DNA of 64,000 nucleotides, taken from the NCBI GenBank assembly GCA_038087875.1, contig CM075987.1:11036001-11100000 (forward strand), in the 5' to 3' direction. Below the pieces are notes generated by a model, which made no database searches, was not told the origin of the DNA, and worked only from the letters and a program-made list of their open reading frames with translations. The stretch is from Malacoraja senta (lineage: Eukaryota). Position numbers and translations under genes: made by a program. The number at the start of each line of letters is the position of its first letter. Position 1 is the first letter of the stretch. Shown in pieces: positions 61,767 to 64,000 of this stretch.

Positions 61767-62705
61767 TCCATAACTAAAACTCTCATCTTGTTCTCTTCCG
61801 GTTTGTGCGGTCTTTCTATTTGCACAAAAACAGTTCGCGATAGCGCTACGATTTTTCGCCAGTTCACTCACCGTTCTCCTTCGCTGCGATTGCACCAAGC
61901 TTCGTTCCGATCGGTTGAATGTCTTAAAAGTTAGCGAGTTAAAAATAAAATCTTTTAAAACCGCGCGTGCGCAGATCGATCTCTTCTGCCGTTCAGCGCT
62001 GCGTGGATTAGTCTCTTCCCCTATCACTCACCGGGACGGTCCGCCCCTTCCTGCGCTATCGCGTTTTTACTGGAGCGGAGGTTTCCAACAATTTTCGGAG
62101 GTACCCGAAGCAGCCCAGCGTCGGAGACCCAGCCCAGCCCAGCCAAGCCTGGGAGACCCAGCCCAGCCCAGAGTTGGAGACCAAGCCCAGCGTCGGAGAT
62201 GTCGCCGATGTCGCCAAACGGAATGCGGAGACTCTGATCCCGGTGGAGGAGAACGACCAGCGACCAGAGCTCGCTGTGAGTCCCCAACGCACCGCCAATT
62301 CCAGCCACTACCCCTCTGGTCCCCCTCGCTGGCTCCTCTCTCCCTCCCCCATGATACCCCCCTCTCGCCCATGGCTCTTCCCCGTCTTTTCTCCGAGCTC
62401 ACTCCCCCCCCCTGCCCACACACCCATCTCCCCCCCACAACTCCCACCCCCCGCCCACACAACCCTCTCCCCCCACAACTACCCCCCTGCGCACACCCCC
62501 CTCCCCTCACAACACCCCCCCCCCCGCCCACACTCGCCCTCCGCCCCTACAACCCCCGCCTCCGCCCCCACCCCCCATGCTTTGTTGGGGAACCGTTTGC
62601 GTTGGGGGAACGGGTGAGTGGTGGAATATTGTGTTGGGGAATGGGTTGCGTTGGGGGACCAGGCCTCCAGTGTGACTGGGACCCAATGGCTCCCACTTAG
62701 TCTAG
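61767..62705 (+). mobile_element. Non-autonomous Helitron, copy 3 (CpG-rich)
   Basis: A|TCCATAACTAAAACTCTCATCTTG ... GGGACCcaatGGCTCCC-acttagtCTAG|T; shares ggtgagtggtggaatattg(c/t)gttggggga with the other copies. Confidence 0.88.
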
Positions 62706-63734
62706 TGGCAAGTAAAAGTATCTACTTTAATGGTCTAAGTTGAAGTTTCATATCAGAATACTATCATAAACTTCCCGAAGATGCTGCATGAAACACAAAT
62801 GTTAGGACGACTTTTTTAAGATCACATCATTAGGAGCACAATTGAAGGTCATTATTGTATGTTGTACCAGCCACTTAACGTGATTAACCTTTGCAACATA
62901 TTGAATTTTCTAAAGCTTATCAGATCAGTGATTTTTATTCCCCACAGTGATTTCAAAGGTGTAATAATAATAATAATAATGGATTTTATTTTCTACACTT
63001 AAATAATGGATTTTATTTAAGTGTAGAACTGTTCTGCCAGAATAAGAATAAAATAATTTCTCAATTCATTATTTTAAAGCAGAATTGGAGAATTGCACAG
63101 AACTGTCTCATTTAATCACAACGTTCTTGGCATTGAGCAAAGACCAAAGATCAATGGGTTGAAACTAAATCTTTAAATAATATTTCATGCAATATAAGTA
63201 ACTTGTTTTATTTGTTACTTCACATCTGGAATGAGCTATTCGAAGTTAGAGAAGCAATTATGAGCTTTAAAATGCATTTGGACAGATATATGAATAAGAA
63301 GGTTTTAGAGGGGTATGGACCCCTCTAAACAGGTAAATAGGACTAGCATAGAATTCTAACTTGGTTTGGCTGGACAAGTGGGACTGAAGGTCCTGTTTCC
63401 ATGCTATATAAATCTGACTCTATAAGACCTGCATTTGTGGATTTTTTGTATGGTAATGCGGTTTTAAGCTGAATTTTTCTTATTTATTGTCTCCATGGCA
63501 GACTAAATAAGGTTCAGTTCCCATGCTTTTAAAACAATTTACTGACTAGTTTGATTTGGATGTTAATAGATTTTTTTATTCAAAAAAGGTACTATTTTGT
63601 ACTAATTTGTTGTTCTGAGATCACCAGCTTGCATTATTATGCCATTTCTTTGAAGATTGTTTAATTTTGTGATGATTTTGTTAACTAATGGGTCCAAAAC
63701 AGTACCATGTTTAATTAAAAAGTGATGTCGAAGG

Positions 63735-64000
63735 TATGGATCTCCTGGGCCTGATCAGGTACGGTACATCCAAGGACAGTGTGGGAAGCTAGAGAAAAAA
63801 ATGCAGGCACCCTAGCTGAGATATATAAATCATTAGACATGGGCGAGGTACAGGAAGACTGGAGGGTGGCTAATGTTGCCTCTATTTAAGAAAGGCTGCA
63901 AGAAAAAGACTTGGAATGATTGACCAGTGAGTATAACATCTGTGTATGAAAGTTAATGAAGAGGATTTTGAGGGACAAGATATAGAAGCATTTGGATAGA
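63735..64000 (+). mobile_element. CR1-type LINE RT fragment (runs off the window)
   Basis: SPGPDQV.., gaggtacaggaagactggagggtggctaatgtt (EVQEDWRVANV). Confidence 0.85.

Noticed and set aside
61915-62700. 261-aa Pro-rich ORF
   Set aside because: GC/C-rich low-complexity Helitron interior; no RepHel or other recognisable motifs

Overview
Eukaryotic (vertebrate) genomic DNA. The repeat landscape (CR1, Rex1-like LINEs, Penelope-derived short elements, V-SINE-like tRNA SINEs) suggests a cartilaginous fish, probably a skate or ray (inference). The whole window lies inside one + strand gene, EHMT1 (GLP, H3K9 methyltransferase). Twenty coding exons (equivalent to human exons 2-21) were traced by hand from 20754 to 60007, with GT-AG boundaries and consistent phases. 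They encode the N-terminal ARKT histone mimic, acidic tracts, the Cys-rich region, the ankyrin repeats and the start of pre-SET; the SET domain lies beyond the window. The first ~20 kb is the 5' intron, with candidate alternative first/second exons and clustered YY1-like, NRF1-like and ATF-like motifs. The introns hold many mobile elements. Most notable are: (i) a Penelope (GIY-YIG) 3' fragment plus more than a dozen short derivatives carrying a hammerhead-ribozyme-like core, several as fold-back hairpins with 13-21 bp flanking direct repeats; (ii) two ~1 kb copies of a non-autonomous DNA transposon with TAG...CTA ends and 7-bp TSDs; (iii) three related non-autonomous Helitrons loaded with different tandem repeats and CRE-like motifs; (iv) Harbinger-like and hAT MITEs. 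Comparisons to human proteins and TE families are from recall, not database searches.
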